Source: Elusimicrobiota bacterium
GTDB taxonomy: Bacteria; Elusimicrobiota; Elusimicrobia; UBA1565
Reading direction: 5' to 3'
Length of the DNA: 23,546 nucleotides
NCBI GenBank assembly: GCA_043819795.1
Contig: JBDREN010000130.1
Coordinates: 1-23,546, forward strand
Shown: positions 8,510 through 17,724 of the stretch, piece after piece
Layout of the letters: every line of letters begins with the position of its first letter
Numbering within the stretch: position 1 is the stretch's first letter
Notes under the pieces: model-generated
Seen by the model: only the letters and a program-made list of their open reading frames with translations
Databases searched by the model: none
What the model was told of the DNA's origin: nothing
Translations under genes and position numbers: made by a program

Positions 8510-9619
8510 GTGATGAAACAATCCCCGTGCTCCCTGCAGGACAACAGTTTCCTGAAGCATTTCAGCCCCGATGGGCAGGCCCGTCTGCTCCGGGCCGCCG
8601 AGACCCGCTCCCTGAAGGACGGCGCCCTTCTCTTCGATGAAGGGGACCCCTCGGACTGCGTCAGCCTGGTGCTCGACGGCCGGATCGAGATATTCAAGCC
8701 CTCCCTGGGAGGCCGGACGGCCGTGATCGGCTCCGTGGGCCCGGGGGACTACCTGGGCGAGCTCGGCGTGCTCGCCGAAGAGCCGCGCAGCGTGTCCGCG
8801 CGAGCCCGCACGGACACGGCCGTGGCCGTCATGCCCGTGGCCGCGGTCCGGGAAGTCCTGGCCGGTGAGCCCACCTCGACGGCCCTATCCTTCCTTTCCC
8901 GGACCGTTGAGTACCTGCGGCTCTCCAACCAGCGATACACCACCGAGGTCCTGCGCAAGGGCAAGACGCAGCTCGTGGGAGAGATGTCGGGCTCCATCAT
9001 CCACGACCTGCGCAACCCCATCGCCACGATAGACCTGGCCGTACAGGTCCTTTTGGAGCTGCACGACGACGGACCCTCGCGCAAGGCCTGCGAGGCGATA
9101 CGCCGGCACGCCATGCACATGACCGACATGCTCCAGGATCTCCAGGACTTCTCCGGAGGCGAGATCGCCCTCGATCGGAAACAGACGCCGCTCGCTCCCC
9201 TGCTCGATGAGCTCCGCGAGCTCAACGAACGCCGGACGAAGGAAGCGCACATCCGGCTCTCGGTCTCGGCCGACGACGTCGCCGTCCCGGCGGACCCCGG
9301 GCGCCTGCTCCGGGCCCTTGAGAACCTGGTCGGAAACTCCCGGCGGGCGATCGGCGAAAAAGGCGGCTCCATCGAATTGACGGCCGTCCGGAAAGGGGAC
9401 CACGCCGAGATCACGGTCCGGGACGACGGCCCGGGGATCGCGCCCGAGGTCCGGAAGAACCTCTTCGAGCCGTTCGTGAGCCGGTGGGAGCGTCCTCGGA
9501 CGGGCCTCGGCCTGGCCATCGTCAAGAATATCGTCGGGGCGCACGGCGGGACGGTCTCTTTCGAGTCCGAGTCCGGACGCGGCGCCCTTTTCAAGATCCT
9601 TCTACCCCTCTCCGCTTGA
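8510..9619 (+). CDS. Soluble histidine kinase with N-terminal cyclic-nucleotide-binding domain
   Basis: cNMP domain (LFDEGD...GELGVL...RSVSARA), H-box HDLRNP, N-box ENLVGNS, DDGPGI, FEPF, TGLGL. Confidence 0.9.
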   Translation: MMKQSPCSLQDNSFLKHFSPDGQARLLRAAETRSLKDGALLFDEGDPSDCVSLVLDGRIEIFKPSLGGRTAVIGSVGPGDYLGELGVLAEEPRSVSARARTDTAVAVMPVAAVREVLAGEPTSTALSFLSRTVEYLRLSNQRYTTEVLRKGKTQLVGEMSGSIIHDLRNPIATIDLAVQVLLELHDDGPSRKACEAIRRHAMHMTDMLQDLQDFSGGEIALDRKQTPLAPLLDELRELNERRTKEAHIRLSVSADDVAVPADPGRLLRALENLVGNSRRAIGEKGGSIELTAVRKGDHAEITVRDDGPGIAPEVRKNLFEPFVSRWERPRTGLGLAIVKNIVGAHGGTVSFESESGRGALFKILLPLSA

Positions 9620-9633
9620 CCTTAGGAGGATCC

Positions 9634-11076
9634 ATGGAAGCCGAGATCACGCAAAGACCCGGCTGGTTCCGCAGAGCCTTCGCCTTCCTCATCGATTTCA
9701 TCCTGACGATCAAAGGCTCTCTGCTCCTCTGGGGCTTGACCGGACTCATCGTCCCCATGGACGGCCTCGCCGGCGCCGTGCTCATGATTCCGGCCATCCT
9801 CTTGGGATTCGCCTACCTGATCTGGGCTCCCCGCCTCGCCGGCAATTGGCTCGGAAAGTTCGCCATGAGGCTCCGGGTGGTCAACGAAGCGGACGGGAAG
9901 CCGCCCACGGGCCTGAAGTACTTTCTCAGAGGCCTGCCGATCGGCCTGTGGCCCGTCGAAGCGATCGTGCTCCTATTTTCCCACAGGCGCCTCGGGGACA
10001 GGCTCGCCGGCACGGTCGTGGTATTCGACCCGGAGAACCGGGTCCGGAGGGCGTACCGGCTGGGCGCGGCCGCCCTGGCGCTGGTCACCGCGCACCAGCT
10101 TTCCATGGGCGCCATGGGCCTCGGAGCTAAGAGGTCGGACCTTTACCGGTCCGCGGTAGCGCACATAGAGACCGAGGGCATAGGCCGGACGGAGTACGGC
10201 TCCCCGGTACGGCTGGGGGCGCTGCCGCGCGCGGTGACGATGCTCGACGACACGGGCCGGGTGGTGGTGTCGGCGGCGGGCCCAGACGACTCGGGCTTCG
10301 TTCAAGTCGACATGCGAAGGGTCGGCGGGCGATGGACGCCTTCAGGACACAGCCTCTTGAAAGACGGGGGCTCCCGCAACTTCAGCTTCACCCGCCGATT
10401 GGCCTCCCGCAGCTTCACCCGCCGATGGGCCTCCCGGAAAAGACGCACGCCCTTCCGGCAAGCGGCCGCCGCCTACAAATCCGAGCAGCACGAGCGCGCC
10501 CTAGAACTGGCTCTTCCGGCCGCCGAGGACGGGGACGCGGAATCCCAAAACCTGGTCGGAATGCTCTACGAACACGGCAAGGGCGTCGAGCAGGATCAGC
10601 GGCAGGCCATGAGCTGGTTCCGCAAGGCCGCGGCGCAAGGACAGCCCCACGCCCAGCGCAACCTGGGCCTCATGCACGCCATGGGGAAAGGCGTGCCTCA
10701 GGATGCCGGGAAGGCGGCCGAATGGTACCGTAAAGCCGCCGAGGGGGGCCATGTCAACGCCCAACTCGATCTGGGCGTCATGTACACGGAGGGACGCGGC
10801 GTTCCCAAAGATTACAGCCAGGCCCTCAAATGGTTCCGCATCGCCGCCCGACACGGCAACGATTCCTCCCAGGCGAACCTCGGCGCGATGTACGCGGAAG
10901 GGTGGGGCGTGCCCAAGGACCCTGTGGAGGCCTACAAGTGGTTGCATCTGGCCGCGTCGCAAGGGCTGCCGCGCGCCAAGAGGAACCTGGAGATCCTCGG
11001 ACAGGACATGACGCCGGAGCAGATCGCCGAGGCGAAGAAGCGCGCCCTCCGTTTCAGCGAGTCTCCGGCGAAGTAG
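9634..11076 (+). CDS. RDD-domain membrane protein fused to a Coa1-like domain and SEL1 repeats
   Basis: SD AGGAGG before ATG 9634. RDD motifs RRAFAFLID, LGKFAMRLRVV, RRLGDRLAGTVVV. About five SEL1 repeats of the form AQ..LG.MY..G.GVP.D...A..W.R.AA..G. Confidence 0.82.
   Translation: MEAEITQRPGWFRRAFAFLIDFILTIKGSLLLWGLTGLIVPMDGLAGAVLMIPAILLGFAYLIWAPRLAGNWLGKFAMRLRVVNEADGKPPTGLKYFLRGLPIGLWPVEAIVLLFSHRRLGDRLAGTVVVFDPENRVRRAYRLGAAALALVTAHQLSMGAMGLGAKRSDLYRSAVAHIETEGIGRTEYGSPVRLGALPRAVTMLDDTGRVVVSAAGPDDSGFVQVDMRRVGGRWTPSGHSLLKDGGSRNFSFTRRLASRSFTRRWASRKRRTPFRQAAAAYKSEQHERALELALPAAEDGDAESQNLVGMLYEHGKGVEQDQRQAMSWFRKAAAQGQPHAQRNLGLMHAMGKGVPQDAGKAAEWYRKAAEGGHVNAQLDLGVMYTEGRGVPKDYSQALKWFRIAARHGNDSSQANLGAMYAEGWGVPKDPVEAYKWLHLAASQGLPRAKRNLEILGQDMTPEQIAEAKKRALRFSESPAK
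10383..10436 (+). repeat. In-frame 27-bp tandem duplication (1 mismatch)
   Basis: cagcttcacccgccgatTggcctcccg / cagcttcacccgccgatGggcctcccg, encoding SFTRRLASR SFTRRWASR. Confidence 0.9.
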
Positions 11077-11097
11077 CGGCCGGGGACGCTTTCCGCC

Positions 11098-11859
11098 TCA
11101 GTAGGGTCTTCCCGGAGGGTCTTGGGCGATCTCCTTGCGGATGCGCGACAAGGCCCGCTCGAACGACCTGTTCGCGGGCTCTTTTCTGCGAAGAGCCGAG
11201 AATACGCAGTGCGCCTCCTCGAGCCTGCCCTGGGCGTAGAGGTCCACGCCGCGCTCATGCTCCGGATGGGCCGTGAGAGACGATGAGCAAACGATCCTGA
11301 CGGCCTTCGCGTCGCCCCCGTATCCGATCACCGGGCCCTCCCTTGGAGGCTCGCCGGAGCTTCTCGCGAGAAGCTCCTCCTGGACGCGCTCCAACGCCCG
11401 GCCGGCCGCTTCATTTTCCGGCTCATCCCTCAGGATCTTAGAGAAGACGCAGAACGAGTCCCGGAGCCCGCCCTCCGCATAGAGGTCCACCCCGAACTCA
11501 TAGTCCGCGCGGGTTTCTGTGGCGGGATCGCACAGGGCCCTGACGGCTTTCTTGCCCGCCTCCGGCTTGCCGGCGGGCTTCGGCGCTCCTCCCGCGACTG
11601 CCTGCGACATCTCCTTTTCGACGCGCTCCAAAGCCCGCGCGGCCGACCTGTTCCCCGGCTCGACGGCCAGGATCATCCGGAAGAAGCGCCGCGCGTCATC
11701 GAGGCTCCCCCCCGCGTAGGCGTCCACGCCCCGCTCATAGAGAGATTTGATGCCAGTCTTGCCGGCCCCTTCGCTGTCCCGGCCGAACGCCGCCATGGAA
11801 AACGCTCCCGCCAATAAGAACGCCGCCACAAACGACGCCGTGGTCGCGTTACGCCTCAT
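11098..11859 (-). CDS. Secreted protein with three dispersed TPR-like repeats
   Basis: Signal peptide; SD GGAGGTG; three units of (Y/H)E.GVD.YA.G.L......F......EP.N....RAL.R...E. Confidence 0.75.
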   Translation of the reverse strand: MRRNATTASFVAAFLLAGAFSMAAFGRDSEGAGKTGIKSLYERGVDAYAGGSLDDARRFFRMILAVEPGNRSAARALERVEKEMSQAVAGGAPKPAGKPEAGKKAVRALCDPATETRADYEFGVDLYAEGGLRDSFCVFSKILRDEPENEAAGRALERVQEELLARSSGEPPREGPVIGYGGDAKAVRIVCSSSLTAHPEHERGVDLYAQGRLEEAHCVFSALRRKEPANRSFERALSRIRKEIAQDPPGRPY

Positions 11860-11887
11860 AGCATCACCTCCCCCAAGAACGACCGTT

Positions 11888-11917
11888 ATAGTATGCCCGC
11901 CGACCGTTCCATGGCAA
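11888..11917 (-). promoter_or_regulatory. Possible sigma70 promoter of the TPR-like gene
   Basis: Minus strand TTGCCA-N18-TACTAT. Confidence 0.4.
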
Positions 11918-12002
11918 GCGAAATGTTTGCGAATCGATGACGGAAAGTCTCTTCATCGAACGCGGCAGTTTTACTAGAATGGGCTTGGCCGTTTGCCGAA
12001 GC

Positions 12003-12590
12003 ATGAAGACGACCGAGGCGGCGTTGATCGCGGCGAGCAAGGGCGGGGACGTCTCCGCTTTCGACGCGCTCATCCGCCGCTACGAGGACAAGATCTTCCG
12101 CCTGGCCCACAGCGTGTGCGCCGGGCTTCCCTCCGAGGCGGAGGACGTATACCAGGAGACGTTCCTGACCGCGTTCAAGGGCATCCGCCGCTTCCGCGGC
12201 GAGTCCGGCCTGGGGACCTGGCTCTACCGCATCGCCTCCAACCTGTGCTGGATGCGCTTGCGCAAGAAGAAGCGGCAGCCCTTCGTCGAGATACTGGACC
12301 GTCCCCACCGGCACGGCACGGAGGGTCCGGTCCATCAGTTCCAGGACTGGGCCGCGTCCCCGGAGGAAGAGGCCAAGAAGCGCGAGCTGCGGGAGGCCGT
12401 GGCCAAAGCGCTTTCCGAGCTCCCGGTGGACTACAGGCTGGTCCTGACCTTGCGCGACATCGAGCGCCTCTCGAACAAGGAAACGGCCAAGGTCCTGAAG
12501 CTGAGCGTGGCGGCCGTGAAGACCCGGATCCACAGGGGACGGCTCTTCCTGCGGGAGAAGCTCGACGGCTACTTCAGGGGGAAGGGTTGA
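12003..12590 (+). CDS. ECF RNA polymerase sigma factor
   Basis: Region 2: AEDVYQETFL...FRGESGLGTWLYRIASN. Region 4: LSELPVDYRLVLTLRDIERLSNKETAKVLKLSVAAVKTRIHRGR. Start uncertain (11979 or 12003). Confidence 0.93.
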   Translation: MKTTEAALIAASKGGDVSAFDALIRRYEDKIFRLAHSVCAGLPSEAEDVYQETFLTAFKGIRRFRGESGLGTWLYRIASNLCWMRLRKKKRQPFVEILDRPHRHGTEGPVHQFQDWAASPEEEAKKRELREAVAKALSELPVDYRLVLTLRDIERLSNKETAKVLKLSVAAVKTRIHRGRLFLREKLDGYFRGKG

Positions 12591-12862
12591 TGGCCTCCAA
12601 GACCCGCTGCCGGGACATGCTCAAGCACCTTTCCGACTACATAGACGGGGAGGCGGCCGCTTCCATCTGCCGCCTCATCGACTCCCATTCGCCCAAGTGC
12701 AAGCCCTGCAAGGCCTTCATCGCCACGCTCCGCAAGTCGGTGCGCATCCTCAACAAGACCGGGCGCCGATCCGCCCTCTCGGCCAGCCTGCGCCGGGACC
12801 TGCGCAACCGCCTGCGCGACTGCGCAAGGGCGTCAGACCTTGGCCACGGGGTCAGGCATTGA
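12590..12862 (+). CDS. Soluble zinc-binding anti-sigma factor (ZAS / zf-HC2)
   Basis: ATG overlaps the sigma stop. MASKTRCRDMLKHLSDYIDGE...HSPKCKPC (C...HxxxCxxC); no TM helix. Confidence 0.88.
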   Translation: MASKTRCRDMLKHLSDYIDGEAAASICRLIDSHSPKCKPCKAFIATLRKSVRILNKTGRRSALSASLRRDLRNRLRDCARASDLGHGVRH

Positions 12863-12927
12863 GTTCTTTGAGTAACTTCCCCCCGGGTGCCAGCCCCCGG
12901 GTGCCAGGCACCGGTTATTGAGTAACT
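12848..12927 (+). repeat. REP/MITE-like repeat arm plus a degenerate direct copy
   Basis: GGGGTCAGGCATTGAGTTCTTTGAGTAACT (12848-12877); CCCCCGGGTGCCAG x2 (12880-12907); palindrome GGTGCCAGGCACC (12900-12912); second TTGAGTAACT (12918-12927). Confidence 0.6.
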
Positions 12928-12936
12928 CGGACGGTA

Positions 12937-12966
12937 TGAATCTATTTTCGCGCATACGCATCTAAA
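12937..12966 (+). promoter_or_regulatory. Putative ECF sigma promoter, copy 1 (tolC-RND)
   Basis: TGAATC-tattttcgcgcatac(15)-GCATCTAAA, 16 nt before ATG 12983; same layout as 17652-17681. Confidence 0.75.
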
Positions 12967-12982
12967 ACGCAGGAGGACCGCC

Positions 12983-14359
12983 ATGGGACCACGCACGACT
13001 CTTCTCACCATCGCCCTTCTCGGCTCGGCGGTGGCCGCGCGGGCCGAGGACCCGGCCCCGCGCGCGGCGCCCTTGAGCGAGGTCGCGGAGACCGTCGTCT
13101 CCAGGAACCCGGCGCTCCAGGGGGCGCGCTCCGGAGTGCGCGCGGCCGAGAGCGCCCTGCGGGAGGCGCGCGCCATGAGCCTGCCGCGACTCTCGGCGCG
13201 GACCTCCTTCGTGAGAGGCGACAACCCCCTCTTCGTGTTCGGCTCGCGTCTCGACCAGAGGACCGCGGAGCAGCGGGACTTCCAGGTCGCGAGCCTCAAC
13301 CAGCCCGGCTACCGCACCAACATCAAGAGCGCCCTGGAGGTCGGGATGCCGCTGTTCACCGGCTTCGAGCTCGACACGCACCGGCGCATGGGCAAGCTGG
13401 CGCTCGAAGACGCCGTGACCCTGAAGGAGGGCGCCGAGCAGGCCAAGCGCTACGAGGCGGTCGAGAGCCACCTGAACGTGCTCTTGGAGTCGGCCCGCCT
13501 CAAGATGCTCGAGGAGCGGGTCAAGTCCGCGGAGGCGATGGCCGAGGACGCCCGCAAGCTCAAGGATAAGGGCATGGTCCTGGGCTCGGACTTCTTCGCG
13601 GCCGAGGCCATCCTGGGCAAGCTGAAAGCCCAGCGGACGCAGGCGGCCCACATGCTGCGCGCCGCGCGCACCCGCCTGGCGGTGCTCACCGGCACCCGGG
13701 CGGGGGAGCTTGAGCCGGGGGGCGCGCTCACCGACCGCGCCTACACCCTTCCTCCGGAGGAGGACCTGCTAGCCGGCTCCCTGCGCGACCGGCGAGACCT
13801 GCGCATGGCCAAGCTGCGGACCTCGCTCGCCGAGACCGCTCGGCGCCAGGCCGCGATGAGCCTGCTTCCCACCGTCGAGGCGTTCGCCGCCGTGGAGACC
13901 GCCACCAGCGACTTCAGTGAGAACATGGCCAGCCGCCTGCTCGGCGTCCGGGCCAGCCTTCCCTTCGGCGACCCCGGCTACCTCCCCCGGAAGGAGCGGG
14001 CCGAGGCCCGCGTCCAGGCGAGCCGCTCCATGGCCGAGGAGCGCGCCGAAACCGTGCGCATCGAGCTCACTGGAGCCCGCGAGGCCTACGAGGGCGCGGC
14101 GGCCAACGTGCCGACCGTGCGCTGGACGCTCGAGCAGGCGCGCAAGTCCCTCGAGCTGTTCCGCCCGCTCTACCGCGAAGGGCGGCAGAGCGTCATGGAG
14201 GTCCTGCGCGCCGAGGACGCCCTGACCCAGGCCGAGGACGCCTATCTCCGCACCTTGTTCCATCTCCATACGGGATACGCCCGGCTGATGCTGGCCGCGG
14301 GCGCCCTTGAGCCGCGGGTCGTATCCGAGATGGAGAGCCGCCTGGAGGCCGCGCGATGA
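12983..14359 (+). CDS. TolC-family outer membrane efflux protein
   Basis: Signal peptide; SD AGGAGG; two OEP repeats (NPALQGAR...SLPRLS...PLFTG; LLPTVEA...YREGRQSVMEVLRAE). Confidence 0.9.
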   Translation: MGPRTTLLTIALLGSAVAARAEDPAPRAAPLSEVAETVVSRNPALQGARSGVRAAESALREARAMSLPRLSARTSFVRGDNPLFVFGSRLDQRTAEQRDFQVASLNQPGYRTNIKSALEVGMPLFTGFELDTHRRMGKLALEDAVTLKEGAEQAKRYEAVESHLNVLLESARLKMLEERVKSAEAMAEDARKLKDKGMVLGSDFFAAEAILGKLKAQRTQAAHMLRAARTRLAVLTGTRAGELEPGGALTDRAYTLPPEEDLLAGSLRDRRDLRMAKLRTSLAETARRQAAMSLLPTVEAFAAVETATSDFSENMASRLLGVRASLPFGDPGYLPRKERAEARVQASRSMAEERAETVRIELTGAREAYEGAAANVPTVRWTLEQARKSLELFRPLYREGRQSVMEVLRAEDALTQAEDAYLRTLFHLHTGYARLMLAAGALEPRVVSEMESRLEAAR

Positions 14360-17300
14360 CCCACGGACAGCACACGAAGAAGACCCTCGGCCTGGCCGGA
14401 GGCCTGGCCCAAGCCTTCATCCGGTCGAAGCTGACCCCCCTGATCATCATCGGCTCGCTGCTCCTGGGCGCCTTCGCGCTGGCGAACCTGCCCCGGGAGG
14501 AGGAGCCCCAGATCGACGTGCCCATGTTCGACATCTACGTGCCCTTCCCGGGCGCGAGCGCCAAGGAGGTCGAGGAGCGCGTCGTGGACGTGGGGGAGCG
14601 CAAGCTCTGGGAGATCCCGGGCGTCGAGTACATCTACACCACGGCCGAGCGGGGCTTCGCCCTCTTCATCGTCCGCTTCGAGGTCGGGACCGACCCCGAA
14701 GAGGCCATGACCCGCGTCTATACCAAGACCTTCGCCAACATCGACCTGCTGTCCCGGGGCGCGAGCCAGCCGCTCATCAAGCCGCGGCTCATAGACGACG
14801 TCCCCATCCTGAGCCTCACGCTCTGGAGCCGGTCGAAAGGCCCCCTGGCCCTGCGCCGGAGCGCCGCCGCCCTGCGCCAGGAGATATCCGCCGTCGACGA
14901 CGTCTCTGACATCGAGATCATTGGCGGGCGCAGGAGACAGCTGCTCGTCCACCTCGACCCCGACAAGCTCGCCCAGCGCCGCCTGACGCCCCTCGAGGTC
15001 GCGGCCATGGTCCAAGCCTCCAACCAGCGCCTGCCGGCCGGGCACTACAACAAGGCCGGCAAGGCGGTGCTGGTCGAGACCGACGCCTTCATCCGCTCCG
15101 CCGAGGATTTGCGCCGGGTCGTGCTGGGCGTGTCGCAGGGGAGACCCGTGCTCCTGGGCCACGTGGCTAGGATCACCGACGGGCCCGATGAGGACGAGAC
15201 GAGCGTCCTCTTCGGCAGCCGCGGCTCCGATGAGCGCTATCCGGCCGTCACCCTCTCGGTCTCCAAGCGCCGGGGAGCCAACGCCACGCGGGTGGCCGAC
15301 CACGCGCTCGAGCGCGTGGAGAGCGTCCGCGCCTCCGGCGCCCTGCGCGACGTCGAGATCACGGTCACCCGCAACTACGGGGAGACCGCCAAGCACAAGT
15401 CCGACGAGCTCATCTTCCATATGTGGCTGGCGACCCTGTCGGTCACGGCCCTCATCGCCCTGACTTTGGGCCTGCGCGAGGCCTTCGTGGTCCTGATCGC
15501 GATACCCGTGACCCTGTCGCTGACCTTGCTCATCTACTTCCTCTCGGGCTACACGCTCAACCGCATCACCTTGTTCGCGCTCATCTTCTCGATCGGCATA
15601 CTGGTCGACGACGCCATCGTGGTGATCGAAAACATCCACCGCCACTACGTCATGCGGGACGGGCGCTCGCTCTGGCAGCTGTCGGTGGACGCGGTGGACG
15701 AGGTCGGCAACCCGACCTTCCTGGCCACCTGGACCGTGATCGCGGCCATCCTGCCCATGGCCTTCGTGCGCGGGCTCATGGGCCCCTACATGCGGCCGAT
15801 CCCCGTGGGCGCGTCGGTGGCCATGCTCTTCTCCTTGGGCGTGGCCTTCATCGTGTCGCCCTGGGCATTCGCGCGCCTGCTCGACCTCTTCAAGCCCCGC
15901 GGGCACGCCGAGCACGAGGAGGGCCGGCTGGACAAGCTCTACCGCCGCTTCATGCACGCCCTGCTGCAAAGCGCCCGCCTGCGCTGGGCCTATCTCGCCG
16001 GGGTGCTCGCTTTGCTGGCGGCCTCGGTCTCCTTGGTGTACTTCAAAGCCGTGACGGTCAAGATGCTGCCGTTCGACAACAAAGACGAGTTCGAGGTGGT
16101 CCTCACCATGCCCGAGGGCACGGGGCTCGGCAAGACCCGCCAAGCCGCCTCCGAGATCGGGGACTATCTGCGCTCGGTGCCGGAAGTGCGGCACGTGACC
16201 GAGTACGCGGGAGCGGCCGCGCCCTTCAACTTCAACGGGCTCGTGCGCCACTACTACATGCGCACCCGCCCGCATCACGCCGACATCCTGGTGAACCTGG
16301 CGGGGCGCAAGGAGCGCAAGCGCCAGAGCCACGACATCACCAAGGCCGTCCGGCCCCGGATCCACGAGATCGCCCGCGCCCACAAAGCGCGGGTCCAGGT
16401 GGCCGAGGTCCCGCCCGGCCCGCCGGTGCTCTCCACCCTCGTCTTCGAGATCTACGACCCGGACCCGGAGCGCCGGACGAGCTTCGCTCGCGAGCTCAGG
16501 AAGCTCCTGGAGGAGGAGTCCGAAGGCATCACGGACGTGGACACCTACGTCCCGGACCCGCAGCCGCTCGACCGGCTGCGGGTGGACATGCAGAAGGCCA
16601 CGCTCAACGGCATCCCGCCGGTCCGGGTGGCCGAGACCGTGTCCCTGGCGCTGCACGGATACACCGCGGGCCTGGCCCACGTGGAGGGCGAGAACGAGCC
16701 GGTCGAGATCCGCCTGCGCCTGCCCGAGTCCCGGCGCCGGGACCTGTCCGCGGTCGAATCCATCGGCCTGCTCTCGCGCAACGGCACGCTCATCCGCCTG
16801 CGCGAGCTGACCGAGCGGCAAGAGACCGAGGCGGACCAGCCCATCTACCACAAGAACCTTCAGCCGGTGGCCTACGTGATCGCCGACGTCTCGGGAAAAC
16901 AGGAGAGCCCGGTCTACGCCATCATGTCCCTGCGCGGCCGCATCGACGAGCTGGCGCGAGAGTCCGGAATCGCCCTCCGCCAGTACTACGCCCGCCAGCC
17001 GGAGAGCTCCCTTGAGAGCGCCATGAAGTGGGACGGGGAGTGGCACATCACCTACGAGGTGTTCCGCGACCTGGGGATCGCCTTCGCTCTGGTGCTGATC
17101 CTCATGTACGTCCTGATCGTGGCCTGGTTCCGCTCTTTTTTGATCCCGCTGGTCATCATGACGCCGATCCCCCTGACGCTGGTGGGCATCCTGCCCGGCC
17201 ACTGGGGCATGGGGGCCTTCTTCACCGCCACCTCCATGATCGGCTTCATCGCCGGAGCCGGAATCGTGGTGCGCAACTCCATCATCCTCGTGGACTTCAT

Positions 17301-17544
17301 CCACCTGAGGCTCGCGGAAGGGATGCCCCTCGAGGAGGCCGTAGTGGACGCGGGAGCCGTGCGCTTCAGACCCATGCTCCTGACCGCGGCCGCGGTGGTG
17401 GTCGGCGCCGGGGTCATCCTCTTCGACCCGATCTTCCAGGGCCTGGCCATATCGCTCATCGCCGGGGAGGTGGCCTCCACGCTCCTGTCGCGCACCTCGG
17501 TGCCGATCCTGTACTACGTCTACGGCCGAACGATAGGTGGATAG
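14356..17544 (+). CDS. RND-family (AcrB/CzcA-like) efflux permease
   Basis: 1062 aa; LPREEEPQIDVP, GILVDDAIVVIENI, GIVVRNSIILVDF, RFRPMLLT; ATGA overlap with the tolC-like stop. Confidence 0.95.
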   Translation: MTHGQHTKKTLGLAGGLAQAFIRSKLTPLIIIGSLLLGAFALANLPREEEPQIDVPMFDIYVPFPGASAKEVEERVVDVGERKLWEIPGVEYIYTTAERGFALFIVRFEVGTDPEEAMTRVYTKTFANIDLLSRGASQPLIKPRLIDDVPILSLTLWSRSKGPLALRRSAAALRQEISAVDDVSDIEIIGGRRRQLLVHLDPDKLAQRRLTPLEVAAMVQASNQRLPAGHYNKAGKAVLVETDAFIRSAEDLRRVVLGVSQGRPVLLGHVARITDGPDEDETSVLFGSRGSDERYPAVTLSVSKRRGANATRVADHALERVESVRASGALRDVEITVTRNYGETAKHKSDELIFHMWLATLSVTALIALTLGLREAFVVLIAIPVTLSLTLLIYFLSGYTLNRITLFALIFSIGILVDDAIVVIENIHRHYVMRDGRSLWQLSVDAVDEVGNPTFLATWTVIAAILPMAFVRGLMGPYMRPIPVGASVAMLFSLGVAFIVSPWAFARLLDLFKPRGHAEHEEGRLDKLYRRFMHALLQSARLRWAYLAGVLALLAASVSLVYFKAVTVKMLPFDNKDEFEVVLTMPEGTGLGKTRQAASEIGDYLRSVPEVRHVTEYAGAAAPFNFNGLVRHYYMRTRPHHADILVNLAGRKERKRQSHDITKAVRPRIHEIARAHKARVQVAEVPPGPPVLSTLVFEIYDPDPERRTSFARELRKLLEEESEGITDVDTYVPDPQPLDRLRVDMQKATLNGIPPVRVAETVSLALHGYTAGLAHVEGENEPVEIRLRLPESRRRDLSAVESIGLLSRNGTLIRLRELTERQETEADQPIYHKNLQPVAYVIADVSGKQESPVYAIMSLRGRIDELARESGIALRQYYARQPESSLESAMKWDGEWHITYEVFRDLGIAFALVLILMYVLIVAWFRSFLIPLVIMTPIPLTLVGILPGHWGMGAFFTATSMIGFIAGAGIVVRNSIILVDFIHLRLAEGMPLEEAVVDAGAVRFRPMLLTAAAVVVGAGVILFDPIFQGLAISLIAGEVASTLLSRTSVPILYYVYGRTIGG

Positions 17545-17641
17545 GTGTCAGGCTATGACTTTCTTGACTTACTGAACTTCTCAGGCCTCAGGCGGTTCAA
17601 TGCACAAGTTCCAGAAGTTCAGAAAGTCATAGCCTGACACC
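17544..17641. repeat. 98-bp REP/MITE-like element with perfect 21-bp terminal inverted repeats
   Basis: GGTGTCAGGCTATGACTTTCT (17544-17564) and AGAAAGTCATAGCCTGACACC (17621-17641); nested IR CTGAACTTCT/AGAAGTTCAG. Confidence 0.85.
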
Positions 17642-17651
17642 GTGAAAAGCC

Positions 17652-17681
17652 TGAATCCTTTTCGCGCCCCCCGCATCTAAA
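17652..17681 (+). promoter_or_regulatory. Putative ECF sigma promoter, copy 2 (thioredoxin operon)
   Basis: TGAATC-cttttcgcgcccccc(15)-GCATCTAAA. Confidence 0.75.
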
Positions 17682-17724
17682 GGATGAACGCCGGCCCCGC
17701 GGGCCGGACTCAAAGGAGGGATCC

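Noticed and set aside
11993..12589. Long N-terminal extension of the anti-sigma in the ORF track (289 aa)
   Set aside because: Overlaps the sigma gene in another frame; the real start is the coupled ATG at 12590.
12848..12927. Possible mini-CRISPR
   Set aside because: Only two short unequal repeats, no regular spacers and no cas genes.
14242..17304. 1020-aa antisense ORF over the RND gene
   Set aside because: Shadow ORF caused by high-GC codon bias of the sense gene; no recognisable motifs.
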